Of a stretch of DNA of 53,836 nucleotides, positions 38,750 to 48,416 are shown piece by piece. Source of the DNA: Pirellulales bacterium (GTDB taxonomy: Bacteria; Planctomycetota; Planctomycetia; Pirellulales; UBA1268); NCBI GenBank assembly GCA_044234625.1, contig JBIIIP010000004.1, positions 1-53,836 of the forward strand, read 5' to 3'. The notes under the pieces were generated by a model that was not told where the DNA came from, did no database searches, and worked only from the letters and a program-made list of their open reading frames with translations. Position numbers and translations under genes: made by a program. Numbering within the stretch: position 1 is the stretch's first letter; the number at the start of each line of letters is the position of its first letter.

Positions 38750-39688
38750 ATGATGAGTGCGGGCTCACCGGGGTGTGACGATCGGTCCATTTGCCAGCGT
38801 CCATGGTGGCGCGACCGACGGGCATGGCCACTCGTTGCCTGGGGCGCGGCCCTCGTCGCCAGCGGCCTCGTGCACGTCGGCGTGTGGGCGGCGTGCGGCG
38901 GCCCGTGGGAAGGGCCGGTGACGTGGCGGAAGCCGATATTGTTCGGCCTCTCGGGCGGCCTGACGGCCGTGTCGCTGGGCTGGGTCTGGTCGCATCTCGG
39001 CAGGCGGCGCGGCGACGAGTGGCTCGCGCGGATCACGGCCTGGGCGCTCGTGATCGAGGTGGCGCTCATCGACATGCAGCGCTGGCGCGGCGTGGCAAGC
39101 CACTTCAATCGTCATACGCGGCTCGACTCGTGGCTCTACGACCTCATGGGCGGGCTGATCCTGTTCGTCACGCTCGTGATCATCGACCTGACGGTGCGGT
39201 GGTTTTGCGCGCGGCCGGCGACCACGCCCGACATGCTTCTGGCAGCGCGGGCCGGGCTCGTGCTTCTCGTCGTCTCCTGCCTGCTCGGCATCTGGGCGAG
39301 CGTGCATGGCGACATGCAGGTGGCAGCGGGCCGCCGGCCGGAAATCTTCGGGGCTGCCGGCGTGGTGAAGTTTCCCCACGGCGTCGTGATCCACGCCATC
39401 CAGTGGCTCCCGTTTCTCGCGTGGGCATCGCGGTGGGCCGGGATCGACGCCCGCACAAGAACGAACCTTGTGGCGGTGGCCACGGTCGCCTCGGCACTCC
39501 TTCTGGCCTACGCCCTTGGCCAGACGCTGGCCGGTCGTCCGCGGTTCGGCTGGCCGCCGCGTGGCCACACCGCGCGAGGAGGCGATCAGCGGCCGTCGCC
39601 CGGCACGCCACCCTCGGGATGGGAGAAGTGCACGAGCATCACCGCCAGCGCCGCCACGCCGACGACGACGAGTGCCATGCCCATGTAG
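38750..39688 (+). CDS. Hypothetical polytopic membrane protein
   Basis: WEGPVTWRKPILFGLS, QRWRGVASHFN, KFPHGVVIHAIQWLP; about 7 TM segments. TACACT lies 7 nt above the ATG. The 3' end is uncertain. Confidence 0.75.
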   Translation: MMSAGSPGCDDRSICQRPWWRDRRAWPLVAWGAALVASGLVHVGVWAACGGPWEGPVTWRKPILFGLSGGLTAVSLGWVWSHLGRRRGDEWLARITAWALVIEVALIDMQRWRGVASHFNRHTRLDSWLYDLMGGLILFVTLVIIDLTVRWFCARPATTPDMLLAARAGLVLLVVSCLLGIWASVHGDMQVAAGRRPEIFGAAGVVKFPHGVVIHAIQWLPFLAWASRWAGIDARTRTNLVAVATVASALLLAYALGQTLAGRPRFGWPPRGHTARGGDQRPSPGTPPSGWEKCTSITASAATPTTTSAMPM

Positions 39689-40011
39689 CGGGCGATCGGC
39701 GGCCGGTCGGCATAGCGGTAGTCGTCCTGCGCCACAGCCTCGAGCACGCGTTTGTGCTCCCACATGCCGGCGAGCGTCGCCGCGATTCCCAAGCCGATGA
39801 GGGCCGCGCCGAAAAGCCGCGTCTTCAGTGGCGAAAAGCCGGCCATGCGGCCGTCGAACGCGACGGCCGCCTGCCCGAGCCGCTCGATGCCGAAGCCGAG
39901 GCTGATCATGGCGAGGCTCGTTCGCACCCATGCCAGCAGCGTGCGATCGGCCGCCTCGCGGTTGCGTTCGCGGGCCAACTCGTTGGTGAGTGATGATTCC
40001 CGGTCGGCCAT
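39586..40011 (-). CDS. DUF202 (YidH-like) membrane protein
   Basis: ELARERNREAADRTLLAWVRTSLAMISLGFGI plus two more TM segments. TATCCT lies 8 nt above the ATG. Confidence 0.9.
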   Translation of the reverse strand: MADRESSLTNELARERNREAADRTLLAWVRTSLAMISLGFGIERLGQAAVAFDGRMAGFSPLKTRLFGAALIGLGIAATLAGMWEHKRVLEAVAQDDYRYADRPPIARYMGMALVVVGVAALAVMLVHFSHPEGGVPGDGR

Positions 40012-40071
40012 AGATCGTGAGGATAGCGTCATCGCGATGCGGGTGCGCAGCGGCAGGTCGCCCTCATCGCG

Positions 40072-41667
40072 TCAGGCCGTCAGCCGCACCACGTCGGCCA
40101 GCGTCTCGACCGCCTGGACGATCTGCTCCTCGGTGTGCTCCGCCGTGAGGAAGAAACGCACGCGGGCCGCCGACTCGCGGACGGCCGGGTAGAGGATCGG
40201 CCGGGCGTTGATTCCCCGCTCGAGCAGCATCTGCGCCACGCGGATCGCCCGCGTCGAGCTGCCGAGGATGACCGGGATCACGGGCGTGTCGCCGCTTTCG
40301 CCGGTGTCGAGGTCGCAATCCCGGGCGAGTTTCAAGAACAGCTCCGACCGCTCCCGCAGCCGCGACACGCGCCATGGCTCGCGTTGGATCACCGCCAGCC
40401 CGGCCAGGGCCGCGGCGGCGTTTGGCGGAGAGCACGCAGTCGAAAAGACGAACGCAGGTGTCGTGTAGCCCAGGTAGCGGATCAGCCGGTCGCGGCCGGC
40501 GAGGTAGCCGCCGCCGGCGCCGAGCGCCTTGCTGATCGTGCCCATCCACAGGTCGCCCTCCGCGGGATCGACGCCGAAGAACTCGCAGATGCCGCGGCCT
40601 TCCGGCCCCATCGTGCCGAGGGAGTGGGCCTCATCGACGTAGAGCATGGCGTCGTGCCGCTTCTTCACCTCGATGAACTTCGGCAGATCGGGATAGTCGC
40701 CGTCCATGCTGTAGACGCCCTCGATCGCCACCACGACGCGCCGGTACTGTGGCCGGAGATCGCGGAGCAGGCCGTCGAGTTGGGCATGGTCGTTGTGGCG
40801 GAACGACCGCTTGCCCGCCTTCGAGGCTTTGGCCCCCTGCATGATGCTGTTGTGGGCGAGTTCGTCGTAGAGGATCAGGTCGCCTTCAGCGAAGAGGTGG
40901 CTGAAGAGCGACGCATTCGTGCCGTAGCCGCAGGGGAACACGACGGCCCGCTCGGTGCCCAGGAAGGCGGCGAGTTCTCCGTCGAGGGAGTCGAGGAGCG
41001 TGTTGTTTCCCCCCACCAACCGGCTCGCCGAGGCGCTCGTGCCGAACCTGTCGATCGCCTCTTTCGCGGCCTGCCTCACATCCGGATGCCCGGCGAGACC
41101 GAGATAGTCGAAGCTCGTGAAACTGATCACGTCGCGGCCGCCGATCCGGGCCGTCCGCTGCCTCACCTGCTCGTTGGCAAGGAGGAAGGGGTCGGCCAGG
41201 CCGGCCGCCTGGAGGGCCGCGAGCCTCTCCTCGAGGGCGGCGCACTCCGGGAAAGGATCGGCCGGCACGGACCCCGTGCCGTGGGCCGGGAGCCGCGTCG
41301 GCGGGGCCGCGGGTTGCTCCTCCGCGCGGGCGGCAGGCGGCTCCGCAGGGGCGCGGTCGGCGTCGTCGAACATATGCTCGGCGATGCACTCGATCAGGTC
41401 GCCGCAGGTACGGATGCCCGCCAGCCACTCATCGTGGAACCGCATCTGGTAGCAGCCCTCGATCCGCGTGACGGCGTCAAGAAAGCCGAACTGGTCGATC
41501 CCCGCCTCGACGAGCGTCGTCGTGGCTGTGAGCCGTCCGCGCCGGTCCGGTGGCTGCACGCGGGCGAGTTCGTCGAGCACCAGTTGGGCGATCGCCGCAT
41601 AGGAGTGGGCGAGCGGCGCGCCACGGGCTGTCGACGACAAAAATTCTGTGCCAGATGTGCTGCCCAC
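40072..41667 (-). CDS. Class I/II PLP-dependent alpha-oxoamine synthase (BioF/SPT-like) with N-terminal ACP-like domain
   Basis: SFDYLGL, SASASRLVGG, DELAHNS, EGVYSMDGD, DEAHSLG, GTISKALG. AAGGAGG lies 8 nt above GTG 41667. Confidence 0.88.
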   Translation of the reverse strand: MGSTSGTEFLSSTARGAPLAHSYAAIAQLVLDELARVQPPDRRGRLTATTTLVEAGIDQFGFLDAVTRIEGCYQMRFHDEWLAGIRTCGDLIECIAEHMFDDADRAPAEPPAARAEEQPAAPPTRLPAHGTGSVPADPFPECAALEERLAALQAAGLADPFLLANEQVRQRTARIGGRDVISFTSFDYLGLAGHPDVRQAAKEAIDRFGTSASASRLVGGNNTLLDSLDGELAAFLGTERAVVFPCGYGTNASLFSHLFAEGDLILYDELAHNSIMQGAKASKAGKRSFRHNDHAQLDGLLRDLRPQYRRVVVAIEGVYSMDGDYPDLPKFIEVKKRHDAMLYVDEAHSLGTMGPEGRGICEFFGVDPAEGDLWMGTISKALGAGGGYLAGRDRLIRYLGYTTPAFVFSTACSPPNAAAALAGLAVIQREPWRVSRLRERSELFLKLARDCDLDTGESGDTPVIPVILGSSTRAIRVAQMLLERGINARPILYPAVRESAARVRFFLTAEHTEEQIVQAVETLADVVRLTA

Positions 41668-41929
41668 CAAACAGTCCTCCTTGCATGGGCGAGCGTGTCG
41701 CACGAGGCGACCTCACACGCTTTCGGATAGGCGCTCCCGCTTTCCCGCGGGATGCGGCGACCAACACACTATCAAGATCAGGCCGCATCGAACCAGCGTC
41801 CCCGGCCGGCCTCGAACGCGAGCACCGGAAACGGACACTCGTTTTGCGGCCGCGCCGGCACGATTGTCAAATCCTTCCGCCTGCGCAAAGATCATCATTC
41901 CACGGGATCGCAGCGGTCGCGACGGAAAT

Positions 41930-41951
41930 GGTGCCGGCCCTGACTGGCACC
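41930..41951 (-). terminator. Possible hairpin/terminator after the alpha-2-macroglobulin gene
   Basis: Minus strand GGTGCC-agtcagggcc-GGCACC directly after the stop, followed only by ATTTCC (weak U-tract). Confidence 0.3.
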
Positions 41952-41952
41952 T

Positions 41953-44900
41953 CTATTTCACCTCGAGATTCACGCTGGCGGAGTGGGCGTTGAACTCGGG
42001 GGCGTAGCGGCTCTGGACGTTCGCGAACCCGCTCGAGGCCGTGCCCCGGTGGGCCGCCCGCAGCGAATACTCGAAGACGTGCGCGCCCCGCGGCAGCCGC
42101 TCGAAGAACATCTGCGTGGCGGCATCGCGGATCGCCACGTACCAGGCTGCTCCGTCGCCATGCCGCCAGCCCGAGAGCACATCCATGGGCTCGGTAATGC
42201 TCGGCCGGTGGTCGGCGAGCTCCAGGAACTCGTAGTCGCGGTCGCTCGTCACCACGAGCCGCACGACGACCTCGTCACCGAGTTCGACCGTGGCCTCGGC
42301 GAGCGGCACGAGCTCCGGTCCGGCCTTCGTCATCCGCTTGATGAACAGCTGCTTCTCGATCGCGAGTTCCTCGCGGCCCGCAGCCGGCACCTGCGAGATG
42401 TCGTCGAGATACTGCCAGTGGACGCCACCGAAAGCCAAATCTTTGTCGGGCTTTGTGACCGTGATCGCCGCCATCTCGGGCTTGATCTCGCGCCGTGTGA
42501 ACCGCTCCTCGAAGAACCCGGTGCCGGCCTCGACCTTCGCCGGCTGCACCCGTTCGCCGCCCACGTCCACCGTGACGAGCTCCTGCGAGCCCAAGAGGTC
42601 ATCGCCCCGGCCGAGCAGGGCGCCGACGGCGTCGGCCGTCGTGCGGCTGTTCTGCCAGCGGCTGGTGCGCTTCTGGGAGAGCAGCCAGACCTTCATCGCC
42701 TCGACCGCGTCCTTGTCGCCGGCCACCTCGTCGAAGGCCTCGATCATGATCGACTGCGACGCGATCGGTGCGTAGCGCCAGTTCCACCAGCCGGGGTGCG
42801 GATCCCGCCACCACATCCCCTGCCAGCTCTCCTGTTCCTCGCCGGGCTTCACGTCGGCGTCCACGGCCCGCTGTTCGAGGCTGTCGATGATCGAAAGCGC
42901 CGTCTTCTTGTCGCCCGATCGGGATAGGGCGATGGCGAGCTGCCCCTGCGTGAGCCGGGCGTCGAGTTTCATCCAGCACGTGCGGCCGATACCAAAGGCC
43001 CACTCGATCGCAGCGGTGGCCTCGCCCTGGGGCGGTGCATCCTCGGTGAAGAAGCTCCGCGCGTAGAGGGCGTAGACGCCCAGCGGCGTGAGCACGATGT
43101 CGTCGGGCTTGTCCTTCCATAAGTGCTCCGCCCGCTGCTTTTCCTCGACCAACCGGCCGTCGAGCCAGGGAATCGTCTGGAGGGCCGGCTGCACGTCGAT
43201 AGCTGCGCCCGCGGCCCGCAGCCGGCCGAATCCCGCCACGATCCCGAGCGTGACACTGTCGCAGGTCTGGCCGCCGGGGAACCAAGGCCAGCCGCCGTCG
43301 CCATGGCGCAGGCTCTGCAACCGCGTGAGCGCTGCCTGCGATTCGTTCTCGGCGCGTGTGGCGTCGAAAAGCAGCGCGATCCTGGCCCGCGCCTCCCTCT
43401 CGTCCACCGCGTCGCGCACCCACGGCGTCTCGGCGAGCAGCGTCTTCATGAGGTCGGTGTTCTTCTCGAGCGGGCTTTCCAGTGCCGCCGTTCCCTTCCA
43501 CTGCTCGAAGACGTTGCCGATCCGTGGGTCGCTCGTGGCCAGGTGCCGGGCGAGCGTGTTGGCGTAGAGCCGGGTGAAGAGCGTTTCGGTGCTCTCGTCG
43601 GAGTCTTCCATGATCGAGGGCAGGGCGAGGACGGCGTACCAGGCCGGGTTCGACGTGGCCTGGACGACGAGCGACTGGCTCTGGATGCCGGTCGCCGCGC
43701 TCGTCGCGAGCCGGTCGAGCGAGATCTTTCGCGAGCCGGGGCCGCGGATCGTGACGGGCACCGACTCACTCACGAGGACTTTGCGGGACAGAATCGGGAT
43801 GAAGGCCTCTTCGCCGTCGGCGGCCTTGCCGGCGGAGCCGGTGGCGAGGTAGCGGAGGGTCTCCGTGCCGTCGGCCACCTTGATAGTGAATACGACTGGC
43901 TTCGACTCACCGGCGGCGAGATCGAAGGGAAGTTCCCGCGGGCCGTCGATGAGACCGCTGCGGTCGGCATCGGTGCGCGCGTCGGCCAGCGCGAACTTCA
44001 CCGTGCCGGCGAGCCGTCCGGTGGACTTGTTGCTCACCTTCACCGGGATGTGCACGACGTCTCCCTCGCGGAGAAACCGGGGCATCACCGGCTCGACCAT
44101 GAGGTCTTTCGCAGACACGCAGGTATCCACGATCGAACCGCTGCGGAGTGCGGCATCGTGGGCGAGGCCCTTGAACTGCCAGGTCGTGAGCGTGTCGGGG
44201 AGCGTGAACTCGATCGACACGACGCCGTCCTTGTCGCTCGAAAGCGCGGGCAGGAAGAACGCCGTCTCGACGAGGTTCTTGCGGGGCGGTGGCGGGGGCG
44301 CGGCTGCGGCCGGACCAGCCGGCCCGGCGGGGCCTTCGGCGTCGCCTGCCGTTCGATCTTCTTCGATACTTCGTCGTTGAGCCGACTCGCCTCGGTTCGC
44401 GTCCATCGCCGCCATCGGAGCGGCATCCATGGCCTCATCCTCTGCCATGAGCATCCTGCCCTTGCGCGCGAGGCCGCCCCCCCATCCCATCGCCGGCGTG
44501 CCAAAGTGATCCCGCAGCACGCGGTAGGTCATCTGCGGCACGTTTACCTGCGGCACGTCGAAGTGACCGAGGACGTAGTTGAAACCCTCGCCGCGGTTCG
44601 TGAACGAGAGGTTCACCCAGCCCGACTCGTGGCGAAAGACATCGATACCGCCCCGCCAGACATGCTGCGCGAGCGCGTCGAGTGACTGGTCGTAGGCGAG
44701 CGCGAGAAACTCGGCCGCGACCGGGGCCGCCGGCCCGGCCACCGGGTCGGCGACGCTCTTGATCTTCGCCCGCCAGATCTCCTTGGCCCCCGGCTCGAGC
44801 CGCCGCGTGAACCGCTCCCACTCGATCGCGAGTTTTTTGTTCGTCCAGGGCACGTCGATCGTGCGGCTCTCGGAATGGAGCCGGCCATCGCGGACCATCC

Positions 44901-47900
44901 AGGCCCGCAGGGTAAACCCGCCCCGCTGGGCATCGGTCACCTTCAAGCTCACCGGCCACTGCGTCCGGCCCGGGGCGGTCCAATATCGCGAGAGGGTCTT
45001 CCCGGCCTGCGCGATATCGACGAGCGCCCGGCCCTCTCCATAGCCCGTGCCGACGAGCGCCGTGAACTCGCTCAGCGGCTCGGCCGACTGCTTCGCTGAC
45101 TTCATCACGAACGCCCGCTTCACGCCGTAGCGGGTCGCGGCGGGATCGACCACTTCGACGACCTGCTCGGCCTTCACCGCCGGCACGTCGCCGGTCGCCG
45201 GGATCTCGAAGACGGCCTTGTAGATGCCGGCCGGCAGGCTCGCCATCGCCTCCACCTTGCCCGTGGCCTTGTCGGTCGTGACCTTCTGGGTGACCACCGC
45301 CTCGCCCACGGCCCAGGTCTGCGGTTCGGTCGGATCGGGCTCGACCGGCCGCGGGATTGCCCTGCCGCGACCGCGGCCGCGGAATGGCATCGGCGCCGGG
45401 CCGCCGTGGCCGCCGAACAGGTCGCCGCGCACGACCTCGGCCGGCTGCACGAGCCGCGACACGGTGAGCGTGCCGGCGGCCTCGCGTGGCTGGCCGTCGA
45501 GCGTGGTCGCACCGATCGCGAGCGTCACTTCCGCGGGCTTGCTGCCTTCGCCCGTGGCCTGCCACTCAGGCGCCGACACGCTCGCCTCGACGTCGGTATA
45601 GCCCACGCTCACGCTCCGCGTGTCGCTGCGGGTTTCGCCGCTCGTGTCCGTGACGTCGGCCACGAGCGCGTACGTGAAGACCGGCAGCGACTCCTTGGGC
45701 ACCGTCCGATCAGGCTTGGCCGTGAATGCGACGGTGAACTTTCCGGAGTCGTCGGTGACGGCCGTGCCGCGGGCGATCCGCTGCGCGCCAGAGTTGAAGG
45801 GGAGCCAGGGGAAGCGGCAGCGGCACCAGTAGGGCCAGCGGACCTGCCGCTCGACATGCCACGTCACCTTCGCGCCGGAGACGGCGAGGCCCGTGTAGGT
45901 CGTGGCCGAGCCGGAAAGCGAAACCTCGCCGCCGAGCGGCGGGCTCTTCTCCGGTGCCGCGAGCGTCACGAGGAACTTCGGCCGCTTGTACTCCTCGACG
46001 CGAACGCCGGCCGAACCCCCAAACCCGTCGTTGCCCGGGGCCTGGGCCTGGATCGACCACTGCCCCGGCAGGGCTCCGGTCGCGATCGGGAAAGTGCCGT
46101 GGAACGACCCGTTGGCATTCGTCTTGTGGGTGGCCTTGGCCACCTCACGGCCGTTGGCATCGTTGAGCGTGACGACGATCTCGCGATCGGCGACAGCGCG
46201 GTATTCGGCCTTCTCGAAATGGCTCGCGCAGGCGATCCCCTTGTAGTGGACGATCTGTCCGGGGCGGTGAATGCCGCGGTCGGTGACCAGCACGATCGAT
46301 TTGAGCCCCGATGGCTGCTCGTTCCGCCAGACGTGGGTCGGATCGGTGGCGGTCGCATGCCGCTTGCCGCCGAGGTCGGCCGTGGCAACGACGACGACTT
46401 CTTTCTGCTGCCGGACGGAGAGTTCGTAGCGGCCATCCTTGTCGGTCGTCACCGTGGCGGACTCGACGAACGGCGGCGGGCCGCCCTGATCCCCGCGAAC
46501 GAACGCCTTGACGGTCGCGCCGGCGACGGGCTCGCCCGACGCGACGTTGACCACGTGGCCCGCGAGGCCGGTCGGGGCGAGCGGGTTTTGCTCGGCCACG
46601 ATCGCGAGGTTCGTGAGTTGCACCATCTCCATGAAGAGGACATTGTCAGTGCCGCCGAAGTCGGGTCGGTGGCTGGCGATCACCCAGTAGTGCCCAGGCT
46701 CGAGGCCGGCCGCGTCGAGGGCGGTCGCCGGCAGATCGTGGTGCCGCTGCCGGTAATCGGGCGTGGCGGGAAGGTCGACGGCAAGTGTCTCGAGCGCCTG
46801 CAGGCCGAGGACTGCGTTGCGTTCGGCTTCATCCATCCCTCCCCATCCAGACCGCGGCATGCCCGACTTGAGCCGCGCAAAAAAGTCGGCCTTCACAATC
46901 CGCAGGTGGACCTTCGTCAGGTTTCGATAGGTCACGCGGATCACGGGCCAGGGGGCGGCCCATGTCGATTCCGTCTGGAGCGACAAGTCGCGGCTCTCCA
47001 TTTGCACGACGAGGAGTCTGCACATCGCGCCGCCGGGGCTTCTGGGATGCGCCTCGGCACCGGCCAGCGCGATCTTCCGGGCCTCGACCAGGTCGCCCGA
47101 ATCGCCCGTGCCGTGATTCTGTCCGTCACCCTGCTGGATCAGGCTCGCGAGCTGAAACCGGCCGAGCGACGCCGTCTCGTGGTCGCCGGCCCGCTCGATG
47201 AAGCCGCGAAGGGCCGTCTCCTTGCGGTCGAACAGGTCGCCGGGCTCGCCGGTGGGCACGACGGCGCCGCTGGCCCACTGGATCCGGTCGAGGTCCGCGG
47301 CGAGGAAGGCCGTGCGATCGGCGTCGGCCTTGTGGAAGGCGATGAGGTCGCGATACAGCCGCAGCGTGTCGAGCAGCGGCGAATCGGCGTCGGTGAAGGT
47401 TTTGTCGTTTTCCGGCTGCCAGTTCAAAAACTCATCGGCCGTGCCGAGGGCGGGCGAATCGGCCACGAGCTCGAAGGCGTCCTCGGGGGCCACGAGCCCG
47501 CGTTCGCCTGAACTCGAAAACTCGATCGCGTCGCGGACAATCACGTCCCACACGGTGGGCCGGTAGGCGTCGGCCATCGCGCCCTTCTCGATGATCGCCG
47601 ACCACTCGGCGACCGGGAGCTTTTGGAGCGCCGCCCGCTCGGGGCTGCCGGGGGTTCCGACCGCGACGGCGAAACGCTTTTTGATCTCGGCGACGATGCC
47701 GGGCAGGTCCCACTCGGCGAGCTTCGTGAGGTCCTTGCCGTCGGCACCCCCCTGTGTCCGCTGCTGATACCGCCAGCGGTTCATCTGGAAATAGCCCCAC
47801 GTCCAGTTGGCGCGGATGGCCTCGAGCACGCCGCGGGTCTCGGCCGGCGCTTTCTCGATCGCGGCGGCCAGCCGGATCACCCGCTCGGGAGCGTCGCCGG

Positions 47901-48228
47901 GCCGGTCACCCGTCTCGGTCACGATCCGCGTGGCGATCGCCCGGGCCGCCTCGGCCCAGGCCTTCTCGGCAATCGCCGCCTGCTCGATGCCGGCGAGCTT
48001 TTCCGCCGCCGTCTTCGGCTTCCCCTCCTCGAGCGCCTGCTCGACGGCCTGCCAGGCAAGGCCGCGCTCACCCCGGGGTTCATCGGCCCGTCCGATTGCA
48101 TGCATGGCGAGGATTGCTCCGAGAGTGGCGGCGAGAGCTGCCCGAAGGCCGGCCCGGACGGGGCGGTCGTGGTGTGCGGAAGACCGCGTGCGACGCCCGC
48201 ACCGGGGGAGATGACCGAGGATGTGCAC
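41953..48228 (-). CDS. Bacterial alpha-2-macroglobulin family protein
   Basis: TDRGIHRPGQIVHYKG (MG2), VEEYKRPKF, RKNLVETAFFLP, LPDTLTTW, PRFLREGD, DGGWPWF, C-terminal YAPEFNAHS. Start uncertain (GTG 48228). Confidence 0.92.
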   Translation of the reverse strand: MHILGHLPRCGRRTRSSAHHDRPVRAGLRAALAATLGAILAMHAIGRADEPRGERGLAWQAVEQALEEGKPKTAAEKLAGIEQAAIAEKAWAEAARAIATRIVTETGDRPGDAPERVIRLAAAIEKAPAETRGVLEAIRANWTWGYFQMNRWRYQQRTQGGADGKDLTKLAEWDLPGIVAEIKKRFAVAVGTPGSPERAALQKLPVAEWSAIIEKGAMADAYRPTVWDVIVRDAIEFSSSGERGLVAPEDAFELVADSPALGTADEFLNWQPENDKTFTDADSPLLDTLRLYRDLIAFHKADADRTAFLAADLDRIQWASGAVVPTGEPGDLFDRKETALRGFIERAGDHETASLGRFQLASLIQQGDGQNHGTGDSGDLVEARKIALAGAEAHPRSPGGAMCRLLVVQMESRDLSLQTESTWAAPWPVIRVTYRNLTKVHLRIVKADFFARLKSGMPRSGWGGMDEAERNAVLGLQALETLAVDLPATPDYRQRHHDLPATALDAAGLEPGHYWVIASHRPDFGGTDNVLFMEMVQLTNLAIVAEQNPLAPTGLAGHVVNVASGEPVAGATVKAFVRGDQGGPPPFVESATVTTDKDGRYELSVRQQKEVVVVATADLGGKRHATATDPTHVWRNEQPSGLKSIVLVTDRGIHRPGQIVHYKGIACASHFEKAEYRAVADREIVVTLNDANGREVAKATHKTNANGSFHGTFPIATGALPGQWSIQAQAPGNDGFGGSAGVRVEEYKRPKFLVTLAAPEKSPPLGGEVSLSGSATTYTGLAVSGAKVTWHVERQVRWPYWCRCRFPWLPFNSGAQRIARGTAVTDDSGKFTVAFTAKPDRTVPKESLPVFTYALVADVTDTSGETRSDTRSVSVGYTDVEASVSAPEWQATGEGSKPAEVTLAIGATTLDGQPREAAGTLTVSRLVQPAEVVRGDLFGGHGGPAPMPFRGRGRGRAIPRPVEPDPTEPQTWAVGEAVVTQKVTTDKATGKVEAMASLPAGIYKAVFEIPATGDVPAVKAEQVVEVVDPAATRYGVKRAFVMKSAKQSAEPLSEFTALVGTGYGEGRALVDIAQAGKTLSRYWTAPGRTQWPVSLKVTDAQRGGFTLRAWMVRDGRLHSESRTIDVPWTNKKLAIEWERFTRRLEPGAKEIWRAKIKSVADPVAGPAAPVAAEFLALAYDQSLDALAQHVWRGGIDVFRHESGWVNLSFTNRGEGFNYVLGHFDVPQVNVPQMTYRVLRDHFGTPAMGWGGGLARKGRMLMAEDEAMDAAPMAAMDANRGESAQRRSIEEDRTAGDAEGPAGPAGPAAAAPPPPPRKNLVETAFFLPALSSDKDGVVSIEFTLPDTLTTWQFKGLAHDAALRSGSIVDTCVSAKDLMVEPVMPRFLREGDVVHIPVKVSNKSTGRLAGTVKFALADARTDADRSGLIDGPRELPFDLAAGESKPVVFTIKVADGTETLRYLATGSAGKAADGEEAFIPILSRKVLVSESVPVTIRGPGSRKISLDRLATSAATGIQSQSLVVQATSNPAWYAVLALPSIMEDSDESTETLFTRLYANTLARHLATSDPRIGNVFEQWKGTAALESPLEKNTDLMKTLLAETPWVRDAVDEREARARIALLFDATRAENESQAALTRLQSLRHGDGGWPWFPGGQTCDSVTLGIVAGFGRLRAAGAAIDVQPALQTIPWLDGRLVEEKQRAEHLWKDKPDDIVLTPLGVYALYARSFFTEDAPPQGEATAAIEWAFGIGRTCWMKLDARLTQGQLAIALSRSGDKKTALSIIDSLEQRAVDADVKPGEEQESWQGMWWRDPHPGWWNWRYAPIASQSIMIEAFDEVAGDKDAVEAMKVWLLSQKRTSRWQNSRTTADAVGALLGRGDDLLGSQELVTVDVGGERVQPAKVEAGTGFFEERFTRREIKPEMAAITVTKPDKDLAFGGVHWQYLDDISQVPAAGREELAIEKQLFIKRMTKAGPELVPLAEATVELGDEVVVRLVVTSDRDYEFLELADHRPSITEPMDVLSGWRHGDGAAWYVAIRDAATQMFFERLPRGAHVFEYSLRAAHRGTASSGFANVQSRYAPEFNAHSASVNLEVK

Positions 48229-48270
48229 AAAACCCCCCTGTTTGGCGTGAGGACGCAGGTAAACCAACCT

Positions 48271-48298
48271 TTGACCAACGCGGATACGGGCTTATTAT
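48271..48298 (+). promoter_or_regulatory. Putative sigma70 promoter for the second PSD1/DUF1501 operon
   Basis: TTGACC-N16-TATTAT in the divergent intergenic region. Confidence 0.5.
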
Positions 48299-48416
48299 TA
48301 CAGTTACGAAGGCATTCCCCCGCCGATCGACCCCAACTGGGTCCGCGTCCTCGAGCTTTTGGCACCCAGGACGGCGACGCGGGCATTTCGAAGCAGAGCC
48401 CTGCGGGAGTGAGTGT

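Noticed and set aside
41751-41789. GATGCGGC...GCCGCATC inverted repeat above the aminotransferase gene
   Set aside because: An 8-bp GC-rich stem is expected by chance at this composition; no known motif.
47754-48416. N-terminal extension of the second PSD1 ORF
   Set aside because: Overlaps the alpha-2-macroglobulin start and the divergent promoter; the real start is near 48417.
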